In this document: positions 1 through 9,770 of the stretch, piece by piece
Layout: each line of letters begins with the position of its first letter
Numbering within the stretch: position 1 is the stretch's first letter
Origin: Acidimicrobiales bacterium
Lineage (GTDB): Bacteria > Actinomycetota > Acidimicrobiia > Acidimicrobiales > CATQHL01
Direction of reading: 5' to 3'
NCBI GenBank assembly: GCA_965116465.1
Contig: OZ220687.1
Location: 2,564,596 to 2,628,595 of the forward strand
DNA: 64,000 nt
Position numbers and translations under genes: made by a program
The notes under the pieces: generated by a model
What the model was told of the DNA's origin: nothing
What the model saw: the letters and a program-made list of their open reading frames with translations, nothing else
Databases searched by the model: none

Positions 1-848
1 GGCTCTTCGTGGCACCGGCGGTGCTGCTCCTGCTGGGGCTCACCGCCTACCCCTTCGGGTACGCCATCTACATCAGCCTGCACACCTGGAAGGTCACACG
101 CCCGGCGCGACCCTTCATCGGCTTCGACAACTTCCGGGAGCTGCTCTTCGACGACGAGCGGTTCATCAACTCCATCGAGCAGACGCTGATCATCGCCTCC
201 TCGGCGCTCGCGCTGGAGTTCCTGTTCGGCCTGGGCATGGCGCTGCTGTTCTGGACCGCCTACCAGCGGGTCCGCTGGGTGGCCACCGGGATCCTGGTCC
301 CCATGATGATCGCCCCGGTGGTGGTGGGATTCACCGCCCGCATGGCGTTCAACAACAGCTTCGGGTTCCTGAACCAGATCCTCAGCCTGCTGTGGCCGGG
401 CGACGTGAATACCCAATGGCTGAGCGACCCGACGCTGGCGCCCGTCGTGATCATCCTCGCCGACACCTGGCAGTGGGGTCCGTTCATGTTCCTGATCCTG
501 CTGGCCGGGCTGTTGGCCACTGAGGGCGACCAACTGGAGGCGGCGGTGGTGGACGGCGCCAAGGGGTTCCGGCTCTTCTGGCACGTGGTGCTGCCGTCGA
601 TCAAGCCGATCCTCCTGATCGCCCTGGTGCTGCGCGGTCTGGACCTGCTGCGGACCTTCGACCTCGTGGCGCTGGCGACACGCGGCGGACCGGGCATCAG
701 CTCCGAGACGATCACGTATTACATCTACAACCTCTCCTTCAAGTTCTTCGACCTCGGTATGGGCGCGGCGGCCGCCCTGTTGATGCTCGGCGGTCTCAGC
801 ATCGTGGTGTTCTTCGCCGTGCGCTCGGTCGTGAGGGCCGCCCGGTGA
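1..848 (+). CDS. Carbohydrate-type ABC transporter permease (MalF/UgpA-like); 5' end outside window
   Basis: ORF 9..848 stays open to position 1. Multi-TM protein with the EAA-type loop (LEAAVVDGAKGFRLFWHVVLP). Strong GC3 bias. 4-bp overlap with the next permease gene. Confidence 0.85.
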   Translation, partial: LFVAPAVLLLLGLTAYPFGYAIYISLHTWKVTRPARPFIGFDNFRELLFDDERFINSIEQTLIIASSALALEFLFGLGMALLFWTAYQRVRWVATGILVPMMIAPVVVGFTARMAFNNSFGFLNQILSLLWPGDVNTQWLSDPTLAPVVIILADTWQWGPFMFLILLAGLLATEGDQLEAAVVDGAKGFRLFWHVVLPSIKPILLIALVLRGLDLLRTFDLVALATRGGPGISSETITYYIYNLSFKFFDLGMGAAAALLMLGGLSIVVFFAVRSVVRAAR

Positions 849-1699
849 GCCGGGTCCGCACCCGCCGCTCGCCGTTGCGCCGCGCCGGCACCAACGCCGG
901 CCTCACCGCCGCGCTGCTGCTGGCGCTGCTGCTGGCACTGCTGCCGATCGTGTGGGTGGTGCTCACGTCGTTCAAGCCGGAGATGCAGTGGGTCTCCGAC
1001 CCGCCGGTCTGGATTCCCGGCGACTGGACCGCGGAGAGCTACACCCAGATGTGGACCGACGACGACGGCGCCGGCGCACTGTGGAACAGCCTCATCATCG
1101 TGGGCATCGCCACGGTGGCGGCGATGACGATCGGATCGCTGGCCGCCTACAGCTTCTCGCGGTTCCGCACGGGTGGGCGCCACATCGTGACGTGGATCCT
1201 GTCGATCAAGTTCCTGCCGCCGGTGGTGTTCGCCGTGCCGCTGCTGATCATGTTCACCGACGTCGGGCTGTACGACTCGTACCGGGGCCTGATACTGCTG
1301 TACACCGCCTTCCAGTTGCCGTTCGTGGTGTGGTTGATGAAGGGGTTCTTCGACGAGATCCCCCTGGAGATCGAGGAGTCGGCGCGCGTCGACGGCTGCT
1401 CGTGGTTCTCGATCTTCACGCGCTTCGCGCTGCCGCTGAGCGCGCCCGGGCTGGCCGCCACCACGCTGTTGACCTTCATCTTCGGTTGGAGCGAGTACTT
1501 CATCCCGCTGGTGTTCGCCAGCCACGAGCACTTCACGGTGCCGGTGCAGCTCTCGGCCTACTTCAGCGAGGCCGTGGGTCTGGAGTGGGGACCGCAGGCC
1601 GCCCTGAGCGTCGTGGGGATACTGCCGGTGGTGCTGCTGGCCCTGTTGATCCAGAAATACCTGATCCGTGGTATGACCTTCGGCGCGGTGAAGGGCTAG
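845..1699 (+). CDS. Carbohydrate-type ABC transporter permease (MalG/UgpE-like)
   Basis: 284-aa multi-TM ORF with an EAA-type loop (IEESARVDGCSWFSIFTRFALP). Translationally coupled to the upstream permease. Confidence 0.85.
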   Translation: MSRVRTRRSPLRRAGTNAGLTAALLLALLLALLPIVWVVLTSFKPEMQWVSDPPVWIPGDWTAESYTQMWTDDDGAGALWNSLIIVGIATVAAMTIGSLAAYSFSRFRTGGRHIVTWILSIKFLPPVVFAVPLLIMFTDVGLYDSYRGLILLYTAFQLPFVVWLMKGFFDEIPLEIEESARVDGCSWFSIFTRFALPLSAPGLAATTLLTFIFGWSEYFIPLVFASHEHFTVPVQLSAYFSEAVGLEWGPQAALSVVGILPVVLLALLIQKYLIRGMTFGAVKG

Positions 1700-1742
1700 C
1701 GGGCGGCGGCGGAAGAGCACCGGAGACGGGAGGCGGGCACCG

Positions 1743-1958
1743 ATGGCGATCCAGGTGAAGCAGGAGTTCCCCCACTGCGAGCGGTGCGGGATCATGATCC
1801 ACGACCGGCAGCGGCGTATCGAGGCCGACGGCGGCGGGCGCGAGCCGCTGGTCTACTGCTCGGAGCTCTGCCGTGACGAGTACGTCGAGATGCACGGCCT
1901 GGCCGACCGGGGTACCTGGGTGACCGGCGCCGGCGCCGGCATCGGGCGGAGGAGGTGA
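1743..1958 (+). CDS. Small Cys-pair (Zn-ribbon-like) protein, function unknown
   Basis: 71-codon ORF with near-uniform G/C at third positions. Motifs CERC ... CSELC. GGGAGG lies about 10 nt upstream of the ATG. Its stop sits inside the GGAGGTGAGG Shine-Dalgarno of hyuA. Confidence 0.5.
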   Translation: MAIQVKQEFPHCERCGIMIHDRQRRIEADGGGREPLVYCSELCRDEYVEMHGLADRGTWVTGAGAGIGRRR

Positions 1959-1966
1959 GGCGAGCC

Positions 1967-4006
1967 GTGGCTGTTCGCATGGGAATCGACATCGGCGGGA
2001 CGTTCACCGACCTGGCGCTGTTCGACGAGGAGTCCGGTCACGTACGGGTCACCAAGGCGGCCAGCACCCCGGGAGAACCCCACCGGGCCGTCAACGACGT
2101 CATCGGCCGAGCCGGGATCGACAACAGCACGATCCGCGACCTGGTGCACGGCACCACCGTGGCGACCAACGCGCTGCTGGAGCGCAAGCACCAACTGCCG
2201 GGATTGATCACCACGCGGGGCTTCAGCGACATGGTGTTCATCCAGCGCATGAACCGCAAGCACCACTACGACCTGCAGTGGGACAAGCCGATCCCGTTCG
2301 TGGAACGGCGGCACTGCCTCGAGGTGGACGAGCGCAGCAACTACAAGGGCGAGATCATCGAGCCCCTCGACGAGGAGGGCGCGCGGGTGGCGGCCCGCCG
2401 GTTGCGTGACGAGGGGCTCTCGGACATCGCCGTGTGCTTCCTGTTCTCGTACGTGAACCCCGCCAACGAGGTGCGCATGCGGGAGATCATCGCCGAGGAG
2501 CATCCGGGTGCACGGGTCTCGCTCAGCCACGAGGTGTACCCCCGCTGGCGGGAGTACGACCGGATGAGCACGACGCTCGCCGACGCCTTCCTGAAGACGC
2601 TCGTCGGCGAGTACATCGAGGACGTGGCCAGCGGCCTGGCGCCCATCGGTGTGGATGCCAACTTCCTGATGATGAAGTCCAACGGCGGCTTGGTGGACCA
2701 CAGGGCGGCGTCGGCCAAGCCGGTGGACCTGCTGGTGTCGGGGCCGGTGGGCGGCGTGCTGAGCGCCCTGTACTTCGGGAGCCTCGTGGGGCGGGAGAAC
2801 CTCATCTCGATGGACATGGGCGGCACCAGCTTCGACGTGAGCCTCATCGAGGGAGGCGAGGCCAACCGCACCGCCGAGTTCGAGATCGAATGGGGGCTGC
2901 CGGTGTACGCGCCGATGGTGGACGTGCGCACCATCGGGGCCGGCGGCGGCTCGGTGGCCTGGATCGACAAGGGCGGGCTGCTGCGGGTGGGGCCGCGCTC
3001 GGCGGGCGCCAACCCCGGACCGGCCTGCTACCGGCGCGGCGGCACCGAGGCAACCGTCACCGACGCCAACGTGGCGCTGGGACGCATCAACCCCGACAGC
3101 TTCTTCGGCGGCGAGATGCAACTGGACGCCGAGGCGGCGCGCGCCGCCCTCGGACGGCTGGGCGACGAATTGGACATGACGCCGGAGGAGGTGGCCACGG
3201 CGGTCGTGGAACTCGTGGACTTCAACATGGTCAACGCCATCCGGCTGGTGTCCATCGATCGGGGCCTTGACCCGCGGGACTTCACGCTCGTCTCCTTCGG
3301 GGGCGCCTGCTCGCTGCACGCCAACGCCCTGGCCCGGATCATCGGGGCGCGCGACGTGCTGGTGCCGGTCTACCAGGGTGTGTTCTCGGCCTTCGGCCTG
3401 ATGACAGCCGACATGCGGGTGGACGAGTCGGTCACGACGAGCTTCCGCTCGGACCTCGTGGATTTCGACCGCGCCACCGAGTTGGTGCGGCGCCTTCGCG
3501 ACACCGCGCTGCAGCGGATCGCCAGGGAGGGCTACGCGGGCACGCCGGTGCTGGAGCCGACGGTGGAGATGCGTTACAGCGGCCAGAACTACGGCACCTC
3601 GGTCGTGCTCTCCCTGACCGACTGGACCTTCGGCCCGGAGAACCTCGCCGAGACCATCGAACGGTTCGAGTCCGAGCACCGCCGGCTGTACGGATACGAC
3701 ATCCCCGGCGAGATCGTGGAGCTGGTGCTGTTCACCATGACCGCCGTCGGGGTGAACGAGGACCCGGGCCTGGCGCCGCTGCCACCCGGCGGGTCCGCTG
3801 CGCCCGTCGACGAGCGGCCGGTCTATTTCAGCGAGGGCGGCTGGGTGCCGACGAGGATCTACCGCCGCGAGCAGTTGCCGCCGGGCGCCGAGTTGGTCGG
3901 CCCCGCGGTCGTCGAGGAGGCCATGTCCACCACCCTCGTGCACCCGGGCGAGCGGGTGGACGTCGACGACTACGGCAACCTGCTGATCCACGTGGCGCCG
4001 ACCTGA
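1967..4006 (+). CDS. hyuA: Hydantoinase/oxoprolinase family, A (HyuA-type) subunit
   Basis: N-terminus RMGIDIGGTFTD and overall hydantoinase_A/oxoprolinase architecture. Start chosen at GTG 1967, 6 nt after GGAGGTGAGG; ATG 1979 is an alternative. Confidence 0.85.
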   Translation: MAVRMGIDIGGTFTDLALFDEESGHVRVTKAASTPGEPHRAVNDVIGRAGIDNSTIRDLVHGTTVATNALLERKHQLPGLITTRGFSDMVFIQRMNRKHHYDLQWDKPIPFVERRHCLEVDERSNYKGEIIEPLDEEGARVAARRLRDEGLSDIAVCFLFSYVNPANEVRMREIIAEEHPGARVSLSHEVYPRWREYDRMSTTLADAFLKTLVGEYIEDVASGLAPIGVDANFLMMKSNGGLVDHRAASAKPVDLLVSGPVGGVLSALYFGSLVGRENLISMDMGGTSFDVSLIEGGEANRTAEFEIEWGLPVYAPMVDVRTIGAGGGSVAWIDKGGLLRVGPRSAGANPGPACYRRGGTEATVTDANVALGRINPDSFFGGEMQLDAEAARAALGRLGDELDMTPEEVATAVVELVDFNMVNAIRLVSIDRGLDPRDFTLVSFGGACSLHANALARIIGARDVLVPVYQGVFSAFGLMTADMRVDESVTTSFRSDLVDFDRATELVRRLRDTALQRIAREGYAGTPVLEPTVEMRYSGQNYGTSVVLSLTDWTFGPENLAETIERFESEHRRLYGYDIPGEIVELVLFTMTAVGVNEDPGLAPLPPGGSAAPVDERPVYFSEGGWVPTRIYRREQLPPGAELVGPAVVEEAMSTTLVHPGERVDVDDYGNLLIHVAPT

Positions 4007-4067
4007 GCCCCCACCACCGAGACATCCCGAACGATCACAACGAAACGAGACGACCAAGGAGCCAACC

Positions 4068-5879
4068 GTGACACAGACGCTTCCCGCTCCCGAGACGACT
4101 GTCCCGGCAATCGACGAGGTGGACCAGATCACCCTGCAGGTGGCCAACAACTTCCTCGTCACGACCGCGCGCGAGATGGGCATCGCCATGCGCAACACGG
4201 CCTACTCACCGCTGTTCAACGAGGGCCTGGACTTCTCCTGCGCCATCTTCGACGCCGGCGGCGAGATGATCGCGCAGGCCGAGTTCTGCCCTGCGCAACT
4301 CGGCGCCATCCTCTTCGTCGTCGAGTGGACGATCAACGAGGTCGGTACCGAGAACTTCAACCCCGAGGACGTGATCTTCCACAACGACCCGTTCCGGGGC
4401 GGCTGCCACCTGCCCGAGTACTGCGTGATCAAGCCGGTCTTCTACGACGATGAACTGGTTGCCTTCGTGTCCTGCATCGGGCACATGACCGAGGTGGGCG
4501 GCAAGGTGCCCGGCGGCTTCGCCGGCGACGCCACCGAGGTCTTCCAGGAGGGGCTGCGCATCCCGCCGCTGAAGATCGTGGACCGGGGCGAGGACGTGGA
4601 GGCCATCTGGAACATCATCATGGCCAACGTCCGCACGCCGCGGATGTCCTACGGCGACCTGAAGTCGATGATCGGCTCGCTCTACGTGGGGGAGCGGCGC
4701 GTGCTGGAGCTCGTCGACAAGCACGGTCCCGAGCGGTTCGGGGTGCTCGGCAAGGCCATCAAGGACTACTCCGAGCGCCGCATGCGCGCCGAGATCTCCG
4801 AGATGCCCGACGGCGTCTACGAATTCTCCGACATCGTCATCGACAACGACGGCGTGACCGAGGAGTCCTCACTGCTTCAGGTGCGGGTCACCATCGACGG
4901 TGACAGCATGACCGTGGACTACACCGGCAGCGGCGAGCAGCGGCTGGGACCGGTGAACTGCACCTACGGCGTCACCGCGTCGGCCACCTACAACGCCCTG
5001 CTGCACCTCACCGACCACTCGATCCCGTCCAACCACGGGTGCTTCCGGCCGGTGCGCATCATCGCCCCCTACGGGACGATCGTGAACGTGGCCTATCCGG
5101 GCGCCAGCGTGGGCGGCAACTCCGAGATCCACCCGCACCTGGTGATGGCCATCTACGGGGCGCTGGCAGACGCCCTGCCCGAGCGGGTCTCGGCGCACGA
5201 CGGCGGCACCTCGGCACTGGTCGGCATCGGCGGCCACCACCCCGACACGGGCGAGATCTTCGCCAACCTCACCAACGAGGGCTGCGGCTGGGGCGGCCGC
5301 GCCACCAAGGACGGCAACAATGCGTGCTGCATCCCCAACGGAAACTGCGCCCTGCAGCCCGTGGAGATCCTGGAGACCCGCTACCCGATCCTGCACGAGG
5401 CGCTCGCCATCAACGAGGGCTCGGCGGGCGCCGGCCGCAACCGCGGCGGCTTCGGCTACTACCGCCAGTTCCGGGTGCTCGGCGACTACCTGCGGGTCTC
5501 GTGCTTCATCGAGAAGGAGAAGACCCGCCCGTGGGGCCTCTTCGACGGTGAGTCCGGAAAGACCGCGGCCATGCTGGTGCAGCGCAGCAGCGACGAGGAC
5601 TGGACCACGTTCACCGAGGCGTTCGGCGTGGCCTGCAACGGCAAGTTCTCCGACGTGCGCCTGCAGGCGGGCGACCGGATCCGCACCGTGACCTCCGGAG
5701 GCGGCGGTTACGGCGACCCGCTGGACCGGGACACGGACCGCGTGGCCGAAGACGTTCGCCAGGGGTTCATCAGTCCGGCCATGGCGGCCGAGGAGTACGG
5801 CGTGGTCTGTGCCGACGACGGCGTGGTGGACGAGGCGGCGACCGCGGCACGCCGGGCGGAGTTGCGAGCCGGGTCGTGA
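4068..5879 (+). CDS. hyuB: Hydantoinase B/oxoprolinase family, B (HyuB-type) subunit
   Basis: 603-aa ORF with typical HyuB features (ITLQVANNFLVTTAREMG near the N-terminus, SGGGGYGDPLDRD near the C-terminus). AAGGAG lies upstream of the start. Confidence 0.85.
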   Translation: MTQTLPAPETTVPAIDEVDQITLQVANNFLVTTAREMGIAMRNTAYSPLFNEGLDFSCAIFDAGGEMIAQAEFCPAQLGAILFVVEWTINEVGTENFNPEDVIFHNDPFRGGCHLPEYCVIKPVFYDDELVAFVSCIGHMTEVGGKVPGGFAGDATEVFQEGLRIPPLKIVDRGEDVEAIWNIIMANVRTPRMSYGDLKSMIGSLYVGERRVLELVDKHGPERFGVLGKAIKDYSERRMRAEISEMPDGVYEFSDIVIDNDGVTEESSLLQVRVTIDGDSMTVDYTGSGEQRLGPVNCTYGVTASATYNALLHLTDHSIPSNHGCFRPVRIIAPYGTIVNVAYPGASVGGNSEIHPHLVMAIYGALADALPERVSAHDGGTSALVGIGGHHPDTGEIFANLTNEGCGWGGRATKDGNNACCIPNGNCALQPVEILETRYPILHEALAINEGSAGAGRNRGGFGYYRQFRVLGDYLRVSCFIEKEKTRPWGLFDGESGKTAAMLVQRSSDEDWTTFTEAFGVACNGKFSDVRLQAGDRIRTVTSGGGGYGDPLDRDTDRVAEDVRQGFISPAMAAEEYGVVCADDGVVDEAATAARRAELRAGS

Positions 5880-6646
5880 GCGGCGGCCGGTTCGGCGACG
5901 TTGCCCTGGTGACCGGGGCGGGCAGGGGCATCGGCCGGGCGATCGCCGAGGCAATGACAACCGCCGGGTACGCCGTCGGGGTTTGTGCCCGCTCGGAGGA
6001 AGTCGGCGAAGTAGCCGCCGGGCTGCGCGAGGCCGGAGCGGTCGCGGAGGCTTGGCGAGTGGATGTGACCGACTCCCCGGGACTGCGGCGCTTCGTCGAC
6101 GGAGCGGCCGAGCGGTTCGGTCGCATCGACGTGCTCGTGAACAACGCCGGCATGAATCGTGCCGGCTACATCAGCGACGTCTATGCGAACGAGGTGGATG
6201 CCATGTTCGCCGTCAACGTGCGGGCCCCGCTGGTGGCGATGCAGGCCGTCGCGCCGCACATGGCCGCCGCGGGCGGCGGGCGCATCGTCAACATCGCCTC
6301 CTGGGTGGCGCGCTCACCGCGGCCCGGTTTCGTGGCCTATTCGGCGACCAAGGCCGCGCTCGTCGCGTTGACGCAGGGGGCTGCACTGGAGTTCGCCGAC
6401 AGCGGGATCACCGTCAACGCGGTCTGCCCCGGCAACGTGCTCACCGACATCTGGGAGTCGTGCATCGCCGGCACGTCGCTCGAGGACGGGACCGACGTCG
6501 AGACGCTGTACGCCGAGAGCGTCGCCGCCCAGCCGATCAAGCGGGGCGTGACCGCCGGGGAGGTCGCCGAGGCTGTCCTGTTCCTGTGCAGCGATGCGGC
6601 GGCGAGCATCACCGGCGAGGCCCTGGCCGTGGCCAGCGGGCTCTGA
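5876..6646 (+). CDS. Short-chain dehydrogenase/reductase (SDR)
   Basis: TGAGRGIGRAIA cofactor motif, NNAG, YSATKAAL catalytic motif. 4-bp overlap with hyuB. Confidence 0.85.
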   Translation: MSGGRFGDVALVTGAGRGIGRAIAEAMTTAGYAVGVCARSEEVGEVAAGLREAGAVAEAWRVDVTDSPGLRRFVDGAAERFGRIDVLVNNAGMNRAGYISDVYANEVDAMFAVNVRAPLVAMQAVAPHMAAAGGGRIVNIASWVARSPRPGFVAYSATKAALVALTQGAALEFADSGITVNAVCPGNVLTDIWESCIAGTSLEDGTDVETLYAESVAAQPIKRGVTAGEVAEAVLFLCSDAAASITGEALAVASGL

Positions 6647-6662
6647 GCGGGGAGGAGCACTC

Positions 6663-8696
6663 ATGTCGAATGATCGACCCACAACGCTGATCGGGGTGAC
6701 GTCCGGCTTCGGTCGGCTCAACTTCGACCCGGACACGGGAAGCGTCGAGGTGGAGGGGCTCGGCGCGCTGGACGTCGGGGTGTCGGTGAACGGGTCCCGG
6801 CTGGCTCACGTGCGCACCGAGACGCCGATCCAGAGCCCGCTGATGGGTCGCATCGTCCAGCACCTCGCCGGAGACGGTGTGACGGCGCGCCTCTGCTGGG
6901 ACGCCCACACGACCGAGAACCTGCACGTCTACGCCGGCGTCCGTGCCGAGGGCGCGCTCGAGATCCAGAACGTCGAGTTGCCCCGCGTCACTCTCGGGTC
7001 CGGTGACGGCGCCGCCGCGGTCGACCGGGCCGACGCCTCGGGGGTGCTGGTGGATAGCGCGGCGGTCCTCGGGGTCGCCGTCAAGAAGTACCCGTGGCTT
7101 GCCTCCTGGAACGACGTCGGCGCCTACGGCCACCGCACGCTCGCCGACGGTGTGCTGGCAGCCGACGCCGATGGCGGCGCGCTGGCGCTCAGGTTGGCGT
7201 TCCCCGTCGAGATGGCGGCGGGCCAGACCCTCGAGGCTGCCGTCTTCCTGCGGCGCGGGCCCGCCGACAGCGAGGAGTTCCGTGCCGCGCTGCGTCACGA
7301 GGTCCGCTACGACCACCGTGACGAGGTGCGGTACATCCCCGAGGGCGAGTTCGCCGAGCAGCGGGTCTGGGAGATCGAGGACCGCTGGCTGGGCCCGCCC
7401 ATCACCGAGGGCGCCCTGCATCGTCCCTACGACCAGCTCATCACGCGGCCGCTCGGCTTGAACGTGCTGGCCCGGCGCCGTTTCACCTGGAGCAACGAGG
7501 ACTTCTCGCTCTGGCGTCTCACCGGCAAGGAGCACTACCGCGACTCGGGAGTCAAGAAGGCGTTCGCCCTGATCGACACGCAGAACCGCCACGGCGGCTG
7601 GTACGAGGGGGTCGAATTCATGAACCTCCCGCCAGAGCATCACCACATGTACGACACCTACATCTCGGGCATGTTCCTACTCGATGCCTACGACGCCACC
7701 GGCTACGACGGTTTCCTGCAGGCGGCCGAGCGGGCCGTGGGTTTCTGGGTGTCGAACCCGCCGCCGGCCAACGGCCACGTGGAGGTCGCGGAGGGGGCTT
7801 GGTGGTACCGCTGGGGCGGCTACATCAACGAGTTCGGCTACACCGACGAGCGCTGCGTCCTGAACACGCACTCCGGCGCCACCGCCTTCCTGGCCATGTA
7901 CGCCGAGCGGACCGGCGACCCCGATGCCCGCCGCGGCGCCGAGGCCGGCCTGGCGGCGATGCGCTGGGGACTGGAGCGGGGCATCCAGCGCGGCGACGGT
8001 CAGTTCCTCTACTGCCTCAGCCAGATCGACCCCACCCTGGAGCGCCCCGGCGACCCGCCGTACATCAGGCTCGACCTGGTGCCGCAGATCGAGGACGTGT
8101 ACACGGTGGCGTCCAGCTACCGGCTGATGATGGCGCTGCGCAGCATCCCGGATCCGGTCATCACCGCCGCCATCGGCCGCGCCCTGGACTACTGGTGGGT
8201 GGGCCATCGAGCCGGGACCGTCTACACGTACCGGGCCTACTCGGCGATCGCCTTCGGCGTGGCTGCGGGCGAGATCGATCTGCGCTACGCCATGGCGCTG
8301 CCGGAGATCCTGCGCGACCGGGAGCAGTTCACGTCCATGCAGCGCGGTCTGTCCTCGTTCATCGCGCCGCACGGGTTGCCGATGCCCTACGTGCGGGCAC
8401 GCGGGCGGCCCGGCAAGTTCGTCGAGCCGGTCTTCGTGCGCCGCCGCCACGGCGAGTGCCTGTTCGCGCTGGTCAACACCGAGCAGCCGATGCGCAACAT
8501 CCCCATCGAGGTCGGCCTGCCGGCGGGCACCGCGCTGCGGGGCGCCTCACTCATCGATCCGGCGGGTGCCCCCATCACCGAGGTCCCCACTTCCTGGGCG
8601 CCCGGCGGCGAGCGGACCGCCATCGTGGGCGTGGAGGAACTGCAGGAGTTCGCCGTCACCGTCGTGCGCCTGGAACTCGACGAGCCCGATGGCTGA
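6663..8696 (+). CDS. Hypothetical protein; C-terminal half possibly an alpha/alpha-toroid (glycoside hydrolase/epimerase-like) fold
   Basis: 677 codons with strong GC3 bias. ATG 6663 is preceded by GGGGAGGAG. I recognise no family motif. The Trp/Tyr-rich helical C-terminal half (WWYRWGGYINEFGY, YWWVGHRAG) only loosely recalls (alpha/alpha)6 enzymes. Confidence 0.6.
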   Translation: MSNDRPTTLIGVTSGFGRLNFDPDTGSVEVEGLGALDVGVSVNGSRLAHVRTETPIQSPLMGRIVQHLAGDGVTARLCWDAHTTENLHVYAGVRAEGALEIQNVELPRVTLGSGDGAAAVDRADASGVLVDSAAVLGVAVKKYPWLASWNDVGAYGHRTLADGVLAADADGGALALRLAFPVEMAAGQTLEAAVFLRRGPADSEEFRAALRHEVRYDHRDEVRYIPEGEFAEQRVWEIEDRWLGPPITEGALHRPYDQLITRPLGLNVLARRRFTWSNEDFSLWRLTGKEHYRDSGVKKAFALIDTQNRHGGWYEGVEFMNLPPEHHHMYDTYISGMFLLDAYDATGYDGFLQAAERAVGFWVSNPPPANGHVEVAEGAWWYRWGGYINEFGYTDERCVLNTHSGATAFLAMYAERTGDPDARRGAEAGLAAMRWGLERGIQRGDGQFLYCLSQIDPTLERPGDPPYIRLDLVPQIEDVYTVASSYRLMMALRSIPDPVITAAIGRALDYWWVGHRAGTVYTYRAYSAIAFGVAAGEIDLRYAMALPEILRDREQFTSMQRGLSSFIAPHGLPMPYVRARGRPGKFVEPVFVRRRHGECLFALVNTEQPMRNIPIEVGLPAGTALRGASLIDPAGAPITEVPTSWAPGGERTAIVGVEELQEFAVTVVRLELDEPDG

Positions 8697-9756
8697 CGGA
8701 TCCACCGCAGGGCTCTCGGCGCCCGGGGGGACCGTGGTCGTCGCAGGAGCCTCCTTCCCGAGCCTCGAGGTCGAGCGGTCGTTCCTGGAGCCGCTGGGCT
8801 GCACCGTCGTGGACAAGCGCTTCGCCCCCGACCCCGAGGTGCTGGAGGTCTGCCGGGAAGCGGTGGCGGTGATGACCGACTACTTCGTCTGCGATGCGGC
8901 GCGCATCGCCACCTTCGAGCGCTGCAAGGTCATCTGCCAGTACGGCGCCGGCCTGAACCAGGTGGACGTGGCGGCCGCCACGGCCGCGGGCATCTACGTC
9001 ACCCACACCCCCGACTACTGCAGCGAGGAGCTCGGCGACCACACGATGGCGCTGATCCTGGCCTCGATGCGGCGCATCGTGCGCTTCGACCGGAACATCC
9101 GGGCCGGACGCTGGGACTACAACGACGGCATGCCGATGCGCCGCCTGGCGGGCTGCACCCTCGGGCTCGTGGGCTTCGGCAGGGCGGCGCGGGCGGTGGC
9201 GGCGCGTGCCCAGGGGTTCGGCATGACGGTGATCGCGCACGATCCGCTCGTCGATGACGCTGCCTTCGCCGCAGCCGGCGTGGCGCGCGCCACCGAGCTC
9301 GCCGACCTGCTGGGGGCCGCCGAGGTTGTCAGCGTGCACGTCCCGCTGGTGCAGTCCACGCGTCACCTCATCGGCGCCGAGCAGTTGGCCCTGCTGAGCG
9401 ACGGGGCCTTCCTCGTGAACACCTCTCGCGGCGGGGTCATCGACCAGCGGGCCCTGCAGGCCGAACTGGCCACCGGGCGACTCGGCGGGGTCGGCCTCGA
9501 CGTCCTCGAGCAGGAGCCGCCGGCCGCCGACGAGCCTCTGCTGTCGTGCGACGACGCGGTGCTCACGCCGCACACCGCGTTCCTGTCGGTGGAGTCGCTG
9601 GAACTCGTGCAGTCCCGCGCCGGCTCGGAGGTGGCACGCGTGCTCACCGGGGAGGCACCGGTCTACGGCGTCAACGTGGCGGGCGTGCGGGACGGCAGGA
9701 CCGGCGACGGAGCGGCAGGCCCCGGCGATGTGGCTCTATTCTGGCGAGAGAACTGA
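8689..9756 (+). CDS. D-isomer-specific 2-hydroxyacid dehydrogenase family, NAD-binding
   Basis: GLVGFGRAARAVA Rossmann motif, NTSRGGVID, TPHTAF. ATG 8689 overlaps the upstream stop (ATGGCTGA). Confidence 0.8.
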   Translation: MADGSTAGLSAPGGTVVVAGASFPSLEVERSFLEPLGCTVVDKRFAPDPEVLEVCREAVAVMTDYFVCDAARIATFERCKVICQYGAGLNQVDVAAATAAGIYVTHTPDYCSEELGDHTMALILASMRRIVRFDRNIRAGRWDYNDGMPMRRLAGCTLGLVGFGRAARAVAARAQGFGMTVIAHDPLVDDAAFAAAGVARATELADLLGAAEVVSVHVPLVQSTRHLIGAEQLALLSDGAFLVNTSRGGVIDQRALQAELATGRLGGVGLDVLEQEPPAADEPLLSCDDAVLTPHTAFLSVESLELVQSRAGSEVARVLTGEAPVYGVNVAGVRDGRTGDGAAGPGDVALFWREN

Positions 9757-9770
9757 ACTGGAGAACGGGA

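Noticed and set aside
1853-4198. 781-aa ORF antisense to hyuA, with similar long antisense ORFs at 725..1795, 6609..7646, 19985..21217, 33247..35571, 35498..38002, 41604..43538, 47044..48489 and 49326..50777
   Set aside because: These are typical high-GC shadow ORFs. Their translations are Arg/Gly/Pro/His-rich low complexity with no motifs. The opposite strand carries recognisable protein families and the expected GC3 bias.
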